Assembly (NCBI GenBank): GCA_934097085.1
Contig: CAKONK010000002.1
Coordinates: 8,496-72,495 of the forward strand
From: an uncultured Bacilli bacterium
GTDB taxonomy: Bacteria > Bacillota_I > Bacilli_A > RF39 > UBA660
Direction: 5' to 3'
DNA length: 64,000 bases
Shown here: piece by piece, positions 1-10,104 of the stretch
How the letters are laid out: every line of letters starts with the position of its first letter
Numbering within the stretch: position 1 is the first letter of the stretch
Notes under the pieces: generated by a model
What the model saw: only the letters and a program-made list of their open reading frames with translations
The model's database searches: none
What the model was told of the DNA's origin: nothing
Program-made: the position numbers and the translations under genes

Positions 1-1922
1 AATATATTGAAGAACTGAGTTCTTAATATTGTTTCATCGGAATCAACAAGGCTATGAATATCCAAAACAATAAAGTCGGATGAATTATCCACATTAATAC
101 TTGAATGACCATTAAAGATCCTTGCATCTGCTCCAATTGTAGATTTTTTTAACATTGAAGAAATTTTTTCTAACGACTCAATAACATTTCGTGCCTCTTT
201 ATTTGCTTTCGCTTGTTTTAATGTCTCAACTACCTTATTATATAAATCTTGCATTATAGGGTAGTCATCACTTGATAATTTTGATAAGTCAGTATCAAAA
301 TCAATATTTTTATCTTTATATACTTCTATAAGTATTTCTTCAATTTTGGTTAACTCATAAGCAGTTAGATCCTGTAGATAATACTTTATAAAAGTTCTAA
401 ACGTTTGAAAATGTCTTGATAAATCATTATTAAAATTCTTTTTATCTTCATCAGAGTCATCAGCACCTTTTCTAACTTCAAGTGGATTAATTATTCCATG
501 TGAACCTGTTCCACAATCAATCCATGTACCATTAATATTTTCACATAAATCCTTATACTCTCGTTCAGGATCTATAACAATTACTTTAGATCCACGACAC
601 CAATTACCTCGAATAAGTTTTTTTATTAAAGTAGACTTACCAGAACCTGATTTACCAATAATTACTGCATTTGAATTATTTCTTTTACTAGTTCTTTTCC
701 ATAAGTCAAAGAATAAAAGACTGCCAAGAGAATCAGTTCCAATCATCATAGCATCGCCATCATCTTGCAACGTTTGAAAGATAAAAGGGAAAGATGAGGC
801 AGTAGTCATCATAGGAATTGGAAGTCCGAATTCTTTTTCTAAATCTCTATACAATGTAGGTAAACACATTTTTAATGATCGTTCTTGCTCAAACATTAAA
901 TCAGTGCCACCCATACCATAAGCAGAAAGAGTAGTTTTTAATTCTTTTTTTGCTCTTTCCATATTTTCCTTCGAATCACCATAGCATAAAAAATTGACCG
1001 TCAACAATGAAAACTTTTCATGTTCACGATCAATTCTATTCACTAATTGAACATAATCGTCTAACTGGTTATTTAATACAACCTCATCATTATAATTATT
1101 TGTGTTCATTAATTTTGATTTTACTTCTGACATACTTTTTTTCAAAGTATTGCTTATATCAAATGCATCCATAGGAGAGATTGTCATAACCATACGAGTA
1201 TGGTTAACGTTAGCAACTGCACCTAACCATGCAACACCAACAATAGATGGGTATGTTCGAAGTGTAACAACACTTACATAAGCATCACCTAGAATTATAT
1301 CCTTTTCATTGATTTTTAAGCCGTTTGGGGCGATTTTCTCTTTAAATGAGCGAGTTATACCTGTAGCATCTTTTTTGAAAATGTCGAGCGATGTAACAGG
1401 ATTTAAAATAATATATAATAAATCTCGCCACTCTTCACTAGAAACTCTTTCACTATATAATCCAATAGAAATAAATTCCTGAATTAAATCATTTAGCTTC
1501 TGGTTAATTAATTGCTCATTTGTTGCATCTTCTTCCATAATTAAATAAAATTCTCGATTTACAACCCATTTTTTATTATTTAAATCTTGGACAAAATTAT
1601 AATCTTCCTCTAGTAATTTTATTTTGCTTTTATTAGTTTCAGATTTAATTTTAGAACCTAGTAAGTTTAAATTATCATCAAGATTAATAGGTTTATCTAC
1701 ACTAAAAATTTTAACAGGGTAGTCAATTGAATTTAAAACCTTTTTAAGTTCTGCAACTTTGATTTTTTGTTCTTCATCAAATAATAAATGTAAATTGATA
1801 GATCCGATTTTGATTCCACCAACAATTCTATTATTATCCAAATAAACTAGGTTATTCCAAACATCTTGAAATGGAATAAAATCTGATATATTTTTGGGAA
1901 GTTTACTTTTCTTATTAATCAG
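1..1922 (-). CDS. VirB4/TcpF-family conjugative type IV secretion ATPase (partial; C-terminus runs off the window start)
   Basis: The minus-strand frame is open from about 1922 to the window edge. It is absent from the ORF track because no stop lies in the window. My translation starts INKKSKLPKNISDFIPFQDVWNNLVYLDNNRIVGGIKIGSINLHLLFDEEQKIKV and contains the Walker A IIGKSGSGKSTLIKKL (about 636-690). A strong RBS AGGGAGGGA lies at 1929-1937. The start codon appears non-canonical (CTG or ATT) and is uncertain. Confidence 0.8.
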   Translation of the reverse strand, partial: MINKKSKLPKNISDFIPFQDVWNNLVYLDNNRIVGGIKIGSINLHLLFDEEQKIKVAELKKVLNSIDYPVKIFSVDKPINLDDNLNLLGSKIKSETNKSKIKLLEEDYNFVQDLNNKKWVVNREFYLIMEEDATNEQLINQKLNDLIQEFISIGLYSERVSSEEWRDLLYIILNPVTSLDIFKKDATGITRSFKEKIAPNGLKINEKDIILGDAYVSVVTLRTYPSIVGVAWLGAVANVNHTRMVMTISPMDAFDISNTLKKSMSEVKSKLMNTNNYNDEVVLNNQLDDYVQLVNRIDREHEKFSLLTVNFLCYGDSKENMERAKKELKTTLSAYGMGGTDLMFEQERSLKMCLPTLYRDLEKEFGLPIPMMTTASSFPFIFQTLQDDGDAMMIGTDSLGSLLFFDLWKRTSKRNNSNAVIIGKSGSGKSTLIKKLIRGNWCRGSKVIVIDPEREYKDLCENINGTWIDCGTGSHGIINPLEVRKGADDSDEDKKNFNNDLSRHFQTFRTFIKYYLQDLTAYELTKIEEILIEVYKDKNIDFDTDLSKLSSDDYPIMQDLYNKVVETLKQAKANKEARNVIESLEKISSMLKKSTIGADARIFNGHSSINVDNSSDFIVLDIHSLVDSDETILRTQFFNI

Positions 1923-2142
1923 TTAAATCCCTCCCTATATTTAACATTATTTTTGTTATTTCCTCTGAATATATATTATTTTTAATATTATTCTTTCTTA
2001 TCTCATTTAATCTATTATCCATATTAATTAATAATCTGATATAATTAGACATTGTCATTTTATTTTTATAAGCATTTCTTTTTAAAGCTTGTTTTTCTTT
2101 TTTATTTAGTCTTAACGTTAAATGAGTGTTATATAGTTTCAA
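1915..2142 (-). CDS. Small ribbon-helix-helix-like protein (MobC/CopG-like pattern)
   Basis: 75 aa. The pattern LTLRLNKKEKQALKRNAYKNKMTMSNYIRLLI fits a beta-strand plus two helices, as in RHH DNA-binding proteins. It lies directly upstream of the VirB4-like gene. Confidence 0.4.
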   Translation of the reverse strand: MKLYNTHLTLRLNKKEKQALKRNAYKNKMTMSNYIRLLINMDNRLNEIRKNNIKNNIYSEEITKIMLNIGRDLTD

Positions 2143-2157
2143 TCTATTATTTATATT

Positions 2158-2439
2158 TCAATCCTCCTTATAAGAAATAGTTTCTAAATGCTCTAATACA
2201 CCTGAATAATCATAAGAACGAAGTATACCATTATTAAGTAAAGCAACAGGAATTAATTTATAATCATAACATAGAGTTCCATCAATTTGTTTTAATATTC
2301 TTGATTTTTTCAAGGCTTTTAAAATTCCGTTATCTTTTACATCAGGATCTAAAAAAACATGACCTTTATCTAAATAAGCATCACTTAAATCTGCCGTCAC
2401 TTCAATCTCTTGATTTTTATTTGAGATTGTTAATTTCAT
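2158..2439 (-). CDS. Hypothetical protein (conjugative-element gene)
   Basis: 93-aa ORF, co-oriented and tightly spaced with its neighbours. No motif recognised. Confidence 0.4.
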   Translation of the reverse strand: MKLTISNKNQEIEVTADLSDAYLDKGHVFLDPDVKDNGILKALKKSRILKQIDGTLCYDYKLIPVALLNNGILRSYDYSGVLEHLETISYKED

Positions 2440-2526
2440 CCTTTTACTTTCATAAGTCGAAACATTAACAAACCATAGTGTATTATTATATTTTAATTTT
2501 TTTCTTTTATCTATAATTTATCCTCC

Positions 2527-3057
2527 TTATATATGAACATCAAATATATATCCATATTTTTCTTTAGTTTCTTTAATTAACTCAATCATTTTATTTTCAT
2601 CTTTATATAAATTTGATAACTTATAAGCAACCTCATCTGCAATTCTTATATCATTGGTATAAACACAAAACATACCATTTTCTGAATCATAATTTAACTT
2701 ATTATTTAGTGAACTTGATGATTTTTCTAAATACTCAAAAAAGGCATCGTTATAGCAATGACCATCTCCATAAGGTATATTACTCTTAATTTCATTAACC
2801 CAGTCATAACAATAATCACTTTGATCTAATAAAACTGAAAAATTCTCATCTTTAAAACTGATTATTTTAAAAGGACTTATTTGTTTATTAAACCAAGATT
2901 CAAATTTCTTATATTCTTTTTCCTTATATAATACATCAGACAAAAATAATTCTGAATCTAGATTTTTATTTACTTCATTAAGATAATCACCAATTGCATC
3001 ATAACGAGTTGCTCCCATATCTTTTCTGATTTCCTCATATTCTTGCAAAATACTCAT
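2527..3057 (-). CDS. Hypothetical acidic protein (conjugative-element gene)
   Basis: 176-aa ORF rich in D/E/Y. Its start overlaps the stop of a small upstream ORF (ATGA). No motif recognised. Confidence 0.45.
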   Translation of the reverse strand: MSILQEYEEIRKDMGATRYDAIGDYLNEVNKNLDSELFLSDVLYKEKEYKKFESWFNKQISPFKIISFKDENFSVLLDQSDYCYDWVNEIKSNIPYGDGHCYNDAFFEYLEKSSSSLNNKLNYDSENGMFCVYTNDIRIADEVAYKLSNLYKDENKMIELIKETKEKYGYIFDVHI

Positions 3058-3173
3058 TTTTTATCCCTCCATTTTTCTTCTTCTCGTGAACATTCACCTG
3101 ATACTATACACGAGCATACTGCAAATAAAAAAAAGAATAGTAAAAATACTATTCCTAAAATCTTTTCTAACAT
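3054..3173 (-). CDS. Unlisted 39-aa small membrane peptide
   Basis: My translation is MLEKILGIVFLLFFFLFAVCSCIVSGECSREEEKWRDKK. An RBS (TTGGAGGTAAA) precedes the ATG at 3173. The stop overlaps the next gene's ATG (ATGA), which suggests translational coupling. It falls below the ORF-track length cutoff. Confidence 0.35.
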   Translation of the reverse strand: MLEKILGIVFLLFFFLFAVCSCIVSGECSREEEKWRDKK

Positions 3174-3233
3174 TTTACCTCCAACAAAAAAACGACATAT
3201 TAGTCGTTAATTATCATATTATATAAATTTCTT

Positions 3234-3836
3234 TTATACTATTCCATTAAATATTGTACACTTACCATTACTATTAAAAGTTGCATTTAAAGATTTACCT
3301 TCAGAGTTAACCCAAGTATATTTATTTGAGAATGTAGTGACGTTATATAATGTACCTTCAACACCACCTACAATTTCTACAAACTCTTCATAAGTTAAAC
3401 CATCACTAGAATTTATTTTTTCTTTCAATTTATCTACTTTAGAAAAATCAACCTTATCATTTTTTATCATTTCATTTGGAAACTCTGATGAAATTTGAGC
3501 AGTAACCTTTCCTTTAAATTCATCTAATCTTACAGTTATAGAAGTATCATCTGTTAATTCCCATTCATATTTCTTATAAGTTGATACTGCTCCCTCTTTG
3601 CTTTGATCAACCAATTTACCTTCAAAGCCAATTATTTCATTAACTTTTTCATATGTAGTATCAGAACTTAATTTTTTAATGCATTCAAATACATCACAAT
3701 TCCCTTTGGATTTCTGAACTGTTTCATTTTTAGTTTTATCATTTGTTTTACTATCAGTTGTTTTTTGATTTCCACACCCAGTTAATCCAACAATTAAAAT
3801 ACCTGCTAAAATTACACTTAATATTCTCTTTCTCAT
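3234..3836 (-). CDS. Lipoprotein (signal peptide plus lipobox)
   Basis: The N-terminus MRKRILSVILAGILIVGLTGCGN is a classic lipoprotein signal with an LTGC lipobox. Confidence 0.7.
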   Translation of the reverse strand: MRKRILSVILAGILIVGLTGCGNQKTTDSKTNDKTKNETVQKSKGNCDVFECIKKLSSDTTYEKVNEIIGFEGKLVDQSKEGAVSTYKKYEWELTDDTSITVRLDEFKGKVTAQISSEFPNEMIKNDKVDFSKVDKLKEKINSSDGLTYEEFVEIVGGVEGTLYNVTTFSNKYTWVNSEGKSLNATFNSNGKCTIFNGIV

Positions 3837-3933
3837 TTTTTCACTCCTTCATAAAATACACGTTTATTATACCTTATGAAATTATTAATGTCAATGTATG
3901 CAATTTATATTAAATTAAATTGAAATTAATAAT

Positions 3934-4215
3934 TTATTTTACTTTATAACACCTTTGTCTTTTTTTAAATATTAAAAATTTTTTTAAAATAGATAATGCT
4001 GTACTCCCATTTGGTAAAGGAAGTAATAATAAAAACATTAATAGTGGTGGAATACAAAAAAAGATTACTTTTAATTTATATTGTGTAATAAAGAAAGAAA
4101 AAAGATAACCAATACCAAATGAAATCGCAATCGCAATACATTCAAGTATTCCAAATCCTTTAAATATTTCTTTTTTAGTTTTTATATTTTTAGGAATTAG
4201 ATACATCAATACCAC
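3934..4215 (-). CDS. PrgI/TcpE-like small membrane protein (VirB3-like T4SS component)
   Basis: 93 aa with an N-terminal IPKNIKTKKEIFKGF motif, two TM segments and a basic C-terminal tail. This architecture and its position next to the polytopic membrane protein are typical of Gram-positive T4SS clusters. Confidence 0.55.
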   Translation of the reverse strand: MVLMYLIPKNIKTKKEIFKGFGILECIAIAISFGIGYLFSFFITQYKLKVIFFCIPPLLMFLLLLPLPNGSTALSILKKFLIFKKRQRCYKVK

Positions 4216-5510
4216 TTCCTATCAAAATTACTATTTGCCTCAAGACCTGAATTACTCATATACTGATTTCTAATAGGATTATATTTCATACTAAAAGGAT
4301 TCATATAAGGATTTGAATTATTAAATGATGTGCTAGGTTTCTTTTTCATGTTTTCATTTGTATATTTTTTTATTAATTGATTGGCACCATAATTATTATG
4401 TTGAGCCATTTTTTCTTTAACATTAGCCATCTGTTCCTTTGTTAAATTACCACTACGACCATTAAACATATTTGAAATACCTCCTGCGATTTTACTACCA
4501 CCAGATCTAATGACATTTGCACCCATACCGAGAGCAGACATAGTTCCTGCCTTAGCAATTCCTAATCCTGCATTTATACCAGTACCTACTGCCATAAGAG
4601 ATTGAATATCACCAAATGCTGACATCATACCTGATTGTTGCCCAAGTAATGAACTAATCAGCGTCGGTGTGCTTATTATAAACAATAAAGCACCTATAAT
4701 TAAAAAGATACCTGTAAGAGTTCCATTATCCTTTATTGCAGAACCAAACATGTTAAGCAATAACCCAATACATATAAATTGAACAATTGTAATTAAAAAA
4801 TATCCCATTGTACTTTTAGTCCATGTTTCAAATGCTTTAGATTGATTATTTGTTAAACTGGTACAACAAAAAGGTCCAACTATTTTCATCAGTGCAATTT
4901 CCATCACTCGTTTTGCCATTTGAATTGCAACAAAGAAGAGTAAAAAGACTGTCACAACGGAAAGAATTATTAACATAATAAAATTAAGTGAATATTTATA
5001 ACAATCACCAATACCTGCAAAACCACCTTCAGTAGAATTGATTTTTATTTTTTTCCAATTATTAATCAAATATTCTTTATCCGTTTGTTTCATTTCATCA
5101 TCATATGATGTAGCTCTAATTAAAGCTTTAGATATGGTTCCTTCAGCTCCATTGGATTTATCCATACCTGATACGGTTATTACTGCATTAGTTGCTTTTG
5201 TAGAAAAATCATAACCAAATTGAAATAAAGGATTAATTAAAAACATCATAACTATCGCTAATATGACCCCACGATAAATTGTAAGTGGGCTACCTCTACC
5301 ATCATTTTTTACGATATAATTCATAACGAGTTCTATAACTACTTTAAGAATTAACCATGAACAGGCAACAATTAATGCACCACCAAATATTTTATTTACA
5401 TAATCATTATCAAAAAATTTATAACGCCAAATTTTATTGATTATATCAAAAAATCCATCTAGAAACCAAAGAATACCTTTGGCAATACTCCAAAGTGCAT
5501 TTCTAAACAC
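4206..5510 (-). CDS. Polytopic membrane protein, VirB6-like role inferred
   Basis: 434 aa with multiple hydrophobic segments and a Gly/Ala/Ser/Met-rich region near the C-terminus (SLLGQQSGMMSAFGD ... GINAGLGIAKAGTMSALGMG), followed by an Asn-rich tail. The role is assigned from size, topology and position only. Confidence 0.45.
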   Translation of the reverse strand: MFRNALWSIAKGILWFLDGFFDIINKIWRYKFFDNDYVNKIFGGALIVACSWLILKVVIELVMNYIVKNDGRGSPLTIYRGVILAIVMMFLINPLFQFGYDFSTKATNAVITVSGMDKSNGAEGTISKALIRATSYDDEMKQTDKEYLINNWKKIKINSTEGGFAGIGDCYKYSLNFIMLIILSVVTVFLLFFVAIQMAKRVMEIALMKIVGPFCCTSLTNNQSKAFETWTKSTMGYFLITIVQFICIGLLLNMFGSAIKDNGTLTGIFLIIGALLFIISTPTLISSLLGQQSGMMSAFGDIQSLMAVGTGINAGLGIAKAGTMSALGMGANVIRSGGSKIAGGISNMFNGRSGNLTKEQMANVKEKMAQHNNYGANQLIKKYTNENMKKKPSTSFNNSNPYMNPFSMKYNPIRNQYMSNSGLEANSNFDRKWY

Positions 5511-5570
5511 GTCTAAATACCATTTTTGTTCTACTTGACTAACTGCTAATATTTGTATTAAAATTCCTCC

Positions 5571-6236
5571 TTAATAGTTTTCTTGATTAATTAACTCAGA
5601 GATAACAATAATTTGTTTATTAGTGTTATGCCTACAAGTAATCATAGTAAGAGTAGTTTTGTCTAAATCTCTTGTAATAAGTGCTGTACCATTTTTTTCT
5701 ATATCATAAATATTAGTCACTTTATATGTATATTTAATTCCACCATAGTATATATATGAAATATCTCCAATTACTAATTTATCTAAATTTTTAAAATATG
5801 AAACTCTGCCTGATCCCGAATGACCTGCAAGAATGAAGTTTCCTTTAGAAATATTAGGCATATCAGATCCTTTTAATATTTCAACATTACGATTAACATT
5901 GTTATAATATTTTTCCTGTGATAAACCTCTTTTAATATTTATCTTAGGAATTTCTAATACTGCAATATAATTATAATTAGTTTTACTTATGTTTTTGTTT
6001 TCAACTTCAACAAATTTATTTTCCTGTGGAATATCTTCAACAACTTGTTCTTCTTCAAAAAATTCTTGTACATTATCTTTTTCAATTCTTTTTAAATTAT
6101 AATCTGAATAGATGTGGTATCCAATTATAAATAATCCAATTAAAATAAGAAAAGAGCCAATTACTAAAATTTGACTCTTGAAATCTTTATTCTTATTTTT
6201 TTCTTTTTTTATCATAAATAATAAATCCAACACCAC
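5571..6236 (-). CDS. Sortase-family transpeptidase
   Basis: N-terminal TM anchor, the motif ILAGHSGSG, and the catalytic-Cys motif TLTMITCRH (TLxTC). It lies immediately downstream of, and overlapping, the adhesin gene that carries a cell-wall sorting signal. Confidence 0.8.
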   Translation of the reverse strand: MVLDLLFMIKKEKNKNKDFKSQILVIGSFLILIGLFIIGYHIYSDYNLKRIEKDNVQEFFEEEQVVEDIPQENKFVEVENKNISKTNYNYIAVLEIPKINIKRGLSQEKYYNNVNRNVEILKGSDMPNISKGNFILAGHSGSGRVSYFKNLDKLVIGDISYIYYGGIKYTYKVTNIYDIEKNGTALITRDLDKTTLTMITCRHNTNKQIIVISELINQENY

Positions 6237-8691
6237 CAGTAATAAATACTAAACCAATAATATCAATTATATGAGAATCATTAACTCCTGTGTTAGGAAC
6301 TTCTATAACTTCATCTTTCATTATTGCTTTAACAATTTTACCATCTTCTGATATTTCAAACCACATCTTATCAGGATTTATTTTATAACCTTCAGGTGCT
6401 TGTTTTTCTATGATGTAATATTTACCAAGTGGTAGTTCATTAATAATAATTTTACCATTTGAATCAGTTCTACCAACATATACTAATTCATCATTTTCAG
6501 TATAAATTTCAATCAAAGTATTTGGTAATGTTTTATCATTTGAAAAATCTGATTTAGTAAATTCTAGAGTCCCTTTTGGAAGATGATTTTTTAATAAAGT
6601 TGTATAGTTTATAATTTTTGTATACTGATCTTTATACTTTAATTCAAAAGTATATTTAGTCTTGTCCAATATATGATTATTTATTGTTTCTATCTCTTGT
6701 AAATAATACTTACCTAAAAACAAATTTTCAACTTTAGCATATCCATTTTCATCTGTAATTAAGATTTTTATTAAAGTATCTTTCTTATATTTTAAATTAC
6801 CTAAAGAATCATAAATATCCTCATTAGCATATAATCCTATTTTTACATCCTTAAGATTAATTTCAGTATAAACATAACCTTTATTAGTTAATTCTACTTT
6901 TTCTCCAGTTTTAGTTAGTTCTAGGCTACCTTTAACTGCTTTGTTTTCAAATTTAACTTCATATAAAATTCCAAATTCGTCATCATTTACTAATTTAGAA
7001 TTTTCATCGATTGTAAATTCAACTGAATTTTTATTCCATAAATATCCATCTATTTTTTGATCTACTTCTTCTAAGAAATAAGTTCCACTTTCCAGTGGAT
7101 ATGGAGTAATTAATATCCCATTTTCATCAGTTTCAAAAACATCAATTGTTTTTGCACTAGGGTATGTTATTGTTTGTTTAACATATTTTTTAGTTTTTGC
7201 ATTAATAATTTTGAATTTAATACCTGATCTTTTTATAACATCACCAGTATCTTTATCTATTTTTATAACTTTAAGTCTTGCAGTTATTTCTGCATTTGCA
7301 ATTACTTTTTTTACAATTCCACCATCTTCTTTTACTTCAATGGTAAAATCTTTTGCTTTTTCATAACCCTTAGTTGAAGTCAATTGTTTTACAACATATT
7401 TACCATAAGGTAATGTTATATCAAAACTGCCTTGTGCATCAGTTATTAATGTTTTAACTAATTCATTTTTATTGTTGTATATTCCAAATTTTACACCAAT
7501 TTCAGGAGTCATAATCCCTGTCTTATTATCTGCATATACTTTTATAAATTGAAATGTTCTTTTTATTACATCTTCAAAAACTTGAACTTCAGGATGTAAT
7601 TGATCAAGAGTTACATCAAAGTAATATTTATTTGGATCTAATTTATACCCATTTGAAGCTTTTTCTTCTAATAAATAATATCTTCCCAATGATGGTAGAT
7701 AATCACTTTTAGTAGTACCATCATCATTTGTTGTAATAGTTCCTACTTTTGTACCATCTTCTTTATAAATACCATATATTGCTCCTTTTAATGTAGCTTC
7801 ACCTTGAGCTTTATTATTTTTAGTTTCAGAGTCTGTTTTGTGAATTTTTACATCTCCACCAAATACAGTTACTTTTTTTACAATTCTAATAGGATCAATG
7901 TCTCCTCTTTTAATTACATTTTGTGAACTAGTAGCATAATAAAGTTCTATTGGGCTTCCATATCTATTACCTGATTTTGTAAGTGTAATTGTTAATTGTC
8001 CAACATTAGTTGCTGTTAAAGATAGGTTATTACCATTAATCGTTGCACTACCATTATCTACATTAGATATTTGATAATTATTTAATACACCATTTGAATC
8101 ATTTATATTAATATTTTGTCCAACTACCATTGTATCTGGAAAATTAGTAAAATTTGGCGTTGTATTATGATTATTAACTAAATCCATTATAGAATTCATT
8201 TGTCCTGCTAAAATACTATCATTTCTATTTCCTTTTAGTGTATCAGTAAAAAAACTATCAACATTTGGATCTGCTAATTTCCATATTAGCATTTGTGCTG
8301 CTAAATAATATGTATCATCAGTATGATCATGTGTTGCATCTTTATACCCATATCCATAATAGGCAATTTTTGAAATCTTATTCCATGTATCTAAAGGTAT
8401 ATTAGCTACGGCTTGTATATCCTCTGTGGTTACCTCATAAGTTGCATCTGAATTAATTTTCGTCATCGGTTGCACACAATAAACAAAATGTCCATCGCTA
8501 GTTCTAACAATAAATTGTCCTTTAAACCACATTTTGCTTTCTCCTCGTGTATGCATAACATAAAATGGACCTCCAACATAAGGTCCTGCTTTTATTTGTC
8601 CTTCATAAGTACGAGCATCTACTTTATTTATCCCTAAAAATGCTCCCACAATTGTTATAACAAATAATAATATTTTACTTAATTTATTCAT
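6193..8691 (-). CDS. Sortase-anchored surface adhesin: putative thioester domain plus about 5 SpaA/Cna-B-type repeats
   Basis: Signal peptide MNKLSKILLFVITIVGAFLG. FVYCVQP and LAAQMLIWKL resemble the Cys and Gln motifs of thioester (TQxA-type) adhesin domains. Repeated modules are of the type GAIYGIYKEDGTKVGTITTNDDGTTKSDYLPSLGRYYLLEEKASNGYKLD. The C-terminus has EVPNTG, a hydrophobic segment and KKRKK (sorting signal). Confidence 0.8.
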   Translation of the reverse strand: MNKLSKILLFVITIVGAFLGINKVDARTYEGQIKAGPYVGGPFYVMHTRGESKMWFKGQFIVRTSDGHFVYCVQPMTKINSDATYEVTTEDIQAVANIPLDTWNKISKIAYYGYGYKDATHDHTDDTYYLAAQMLIWKLADPNVDSFFTDTLKGNRNDSILAGQMNSIMDLVNNHNTTPNFTNFPDTMVVGQNININDSNGVLNNYQISNVDNGSATINGNNLSLTATNVGQLTITLTKSGNRYGSPIELYYATSSQNVIKRGDIDPIRIVKKVTVFGGDVKIHKTDSETKNNKAQGEATLKGAIYGIYKEDGTKVGTITTNDDGTTKSDYLPSLGRYYLLEEKASNGYKLDPNKYYFDVTLDQLHPEVQVFEDVIKRTFQFIKVYADNKTGIMTPEIGVKFGIYNNKNELVKTLITDAQGSFDITLPYGKYVVKQLTSTKGYEKAKDFTIEVKEDGGIVKKVIANAEITARLKVIKIDKDTGDVIKRSGIKFKIINAKTKKYVKQTITYPSAKTIDVFETDENGILITPYPLESGTYFLEEVDQKIDGYLWNKNSVEFTIDENSKLVNDDEFGILYEVKFENKAVKGSLELTKTGEKVELTNKGYVYTEINLKDVKIGLYANEDIYDSLGNLKYKKDTLIKILITDENGYAKVENLFLGKYYLQEIETINNHILDKTKYTFELKYKDQYTKIINYTTLLKNHLPKGTLEFTKSDFSNDKTLPNTLIEIYTENDELVYVGRTDSNGKIIINELPLGKYYIIEKQAPEGYKINPDKMWFEISEDGKIVKAIMKDEVIEVPNTGVNDSHIIDIIGLVFITGGVGFIIYDKKRKK

Positions 8692-8739
8692 TTATACATT
8701 CCTCCCATCAAAAAAAGACTTCTAAAAAGTCTTTTAGTA

Positions 8740-9333
8740 TTAATTAAGTTTCTCAGTATGAAACATCCATCCTAGATTTTTGCCTGATGCACTTGAAACC
8801 GTAGAGCAATGATACAATTCTTCACCATTTAAATATGGTTTATAAGATTCTCCATAATTAGCACACTCTTCATATGTTGAAAAATCTACACGTTCCCAAC
8901 TATATAATGGTTTATTATAATATTGATCTTCTGTGATTCCAAGAATATCCCACGGATTATTTGCTTTAACATTATTATTCGATTCTTCCTTTTGTTCTTC
9001 TTGTTGAACAGGTGGTTGAGTTATTTCGGAAGTTGTTGTTTTCTGGTTATTTTTGTTTTCGTTTGACTGAATATTTGATTTGTTTGAATTATTAGTTTTG
9101 GTCTCTTTTGATTCATTGTTTTTTGAAGTAGTATCGTCATTATTCACATCATCTTTTTTATCAACATTTTCATCTTTGATTTTTACTTCATCTTTAACAG
9201 CTTTTTTATTCTCAGAATTCTTTTTTTCTACAACAGATGGATTATTTTTATTTTTTGAATCATATTTATTATGGAAATTATACAAAAATAAACCTATTAT
9301 AAAAATAATACTAATGATTAATAAACCAATCAA
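8740..9333 (-). CDS. Membrane-anchored protein with an N/K/E-rich low-complexity linker and a Cys-containing C-terminal domain
   Basis: 197 aa with an N-terminal TM (MIGLLIISIIFIIGLFLY), a long low-complexity region and a C-terminal globular part. Function unknown. Confidence 0.45.
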   Translation of the reverse strand: MIGLLIISIIFIIGLFLYNFHNKYDSKNKNNPSVVEKKNSENKKAVKDEVKIKDENVDKKDDVNNDDTTSKNNESKETKTNNSNKSNIQSNENKNNQKTTTSEITQPPVQQEEQKEESNNNVKANNPWDILGITEDQYYNKPLYSWERVDFSTYEECANYGESYKPYLNGEELYHCSTVSSASGKNLGWMFHTEKLN

Positions 9334-9412
9334 TAATCCAATAATTTTCTTTTTGATAAGATCACCTTCTTTTTAGGAGATATTAACTCTTATTTTAATA
9401 TATGTCAAATTT

Positions 9413-9706
9413 TTATTTATAAAGATATTGTTTTAAATAATCTAAATCATTTATTAAATCAATTAGATTACATCTTAACTCTATGTTTTTTATATGTTTA
9501 TTTTTTTTATCATCAAAGTATTTTGCTAGAGTTTCAACATAATAAATACTTCGAATCTTATTTTTTATTTGATTTTTTGCTAACTCCACATTTTTTACTT
9601 CATCAAAGCAGTGGAAGTAATCTAGCATATCATAAATTCGATTAACTAAATTATGACTTTTTACGAATGAATGCCAAGTTTTCTTTTTCATATATTTTTT
9701 ATACAT
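9413..9706 (-). CDS. Hypothetical protein
   Basis: 97-aa ORF overlapping the upstream ORF's end. No motif recognised. Confidence 0.35.
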   Translation of the reverse strand: MYKKYMKKKTWHSFVKSHNLVNRIYDMLDYFHCFDEVKNVELAKNQIKNKIRSIYYVETLAKYFDDKKNKHIKNIELRCNLIDLINDLDYLKQYLYK

Positions 9707-10104
9707 AGCACGTTTCTTACATCAAAATCTTGTAAGTCAACAATTTCAAAATCTGAATCATCAAAAGATACAGCATCATAAAAATCAATATCATCATTAT
9801 CAATTAAAATACTAATTGCATTTCTAATATTGTTCTTATCAATTATTCCATATCTTTCAACAAAATTATAATTAACTAATAAATGTAATCTATAAAGCAT
9901 ATCCTGTATTTTCATTAAAATATAATCACGATTTGAACCATATTCCATCTCATAATTTTTAGTGAAACCATCATATAAACTTTTGTTAATTTTTCTATCA
10001 TCAAGTAAATACTTTAATGTATCAATATTTTTAATATCTTTACCTTCAATTTTACCCTCTGTTAAAATTTCATTTATTGTTTTTTTAAAATCTTTTTGAT
10101 TCAT
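9688..10104 (-). CDS. Hypothetical protein with an acidic C-terminus
   Basis: 138-aa ORF whose start abuts the stop of the 79-aa membrane protein gene. The C-terminal stretch is D/E/F-rich. Confidence 0.4.
   Translation of the reverse strand: MNQKDFKKTINEILTEGKIEGKDIKNIDTLKYLLDDRKINKSLYDGFTKNYEMEYGSNRDYILMKIQDMLYRLHLLVNYNFVERYGIIDKNNIRNAISILIDNDDIDFYDAVSFDDSDFEIVDLQDFDVRNVLCIKNI

Noticed and set aside
8900-9300. Repetitive-looking AT/GA-rich DNA, checked for a tandem repeat or CRISPR-like array.
   Set aside because: It is the coding sequence of an N/K/E/T-rich low-complexity linker of ORF 8740..9333. It has no regular repeat-spacer periodicity. No CRISPR array was seen anywhere in the window.
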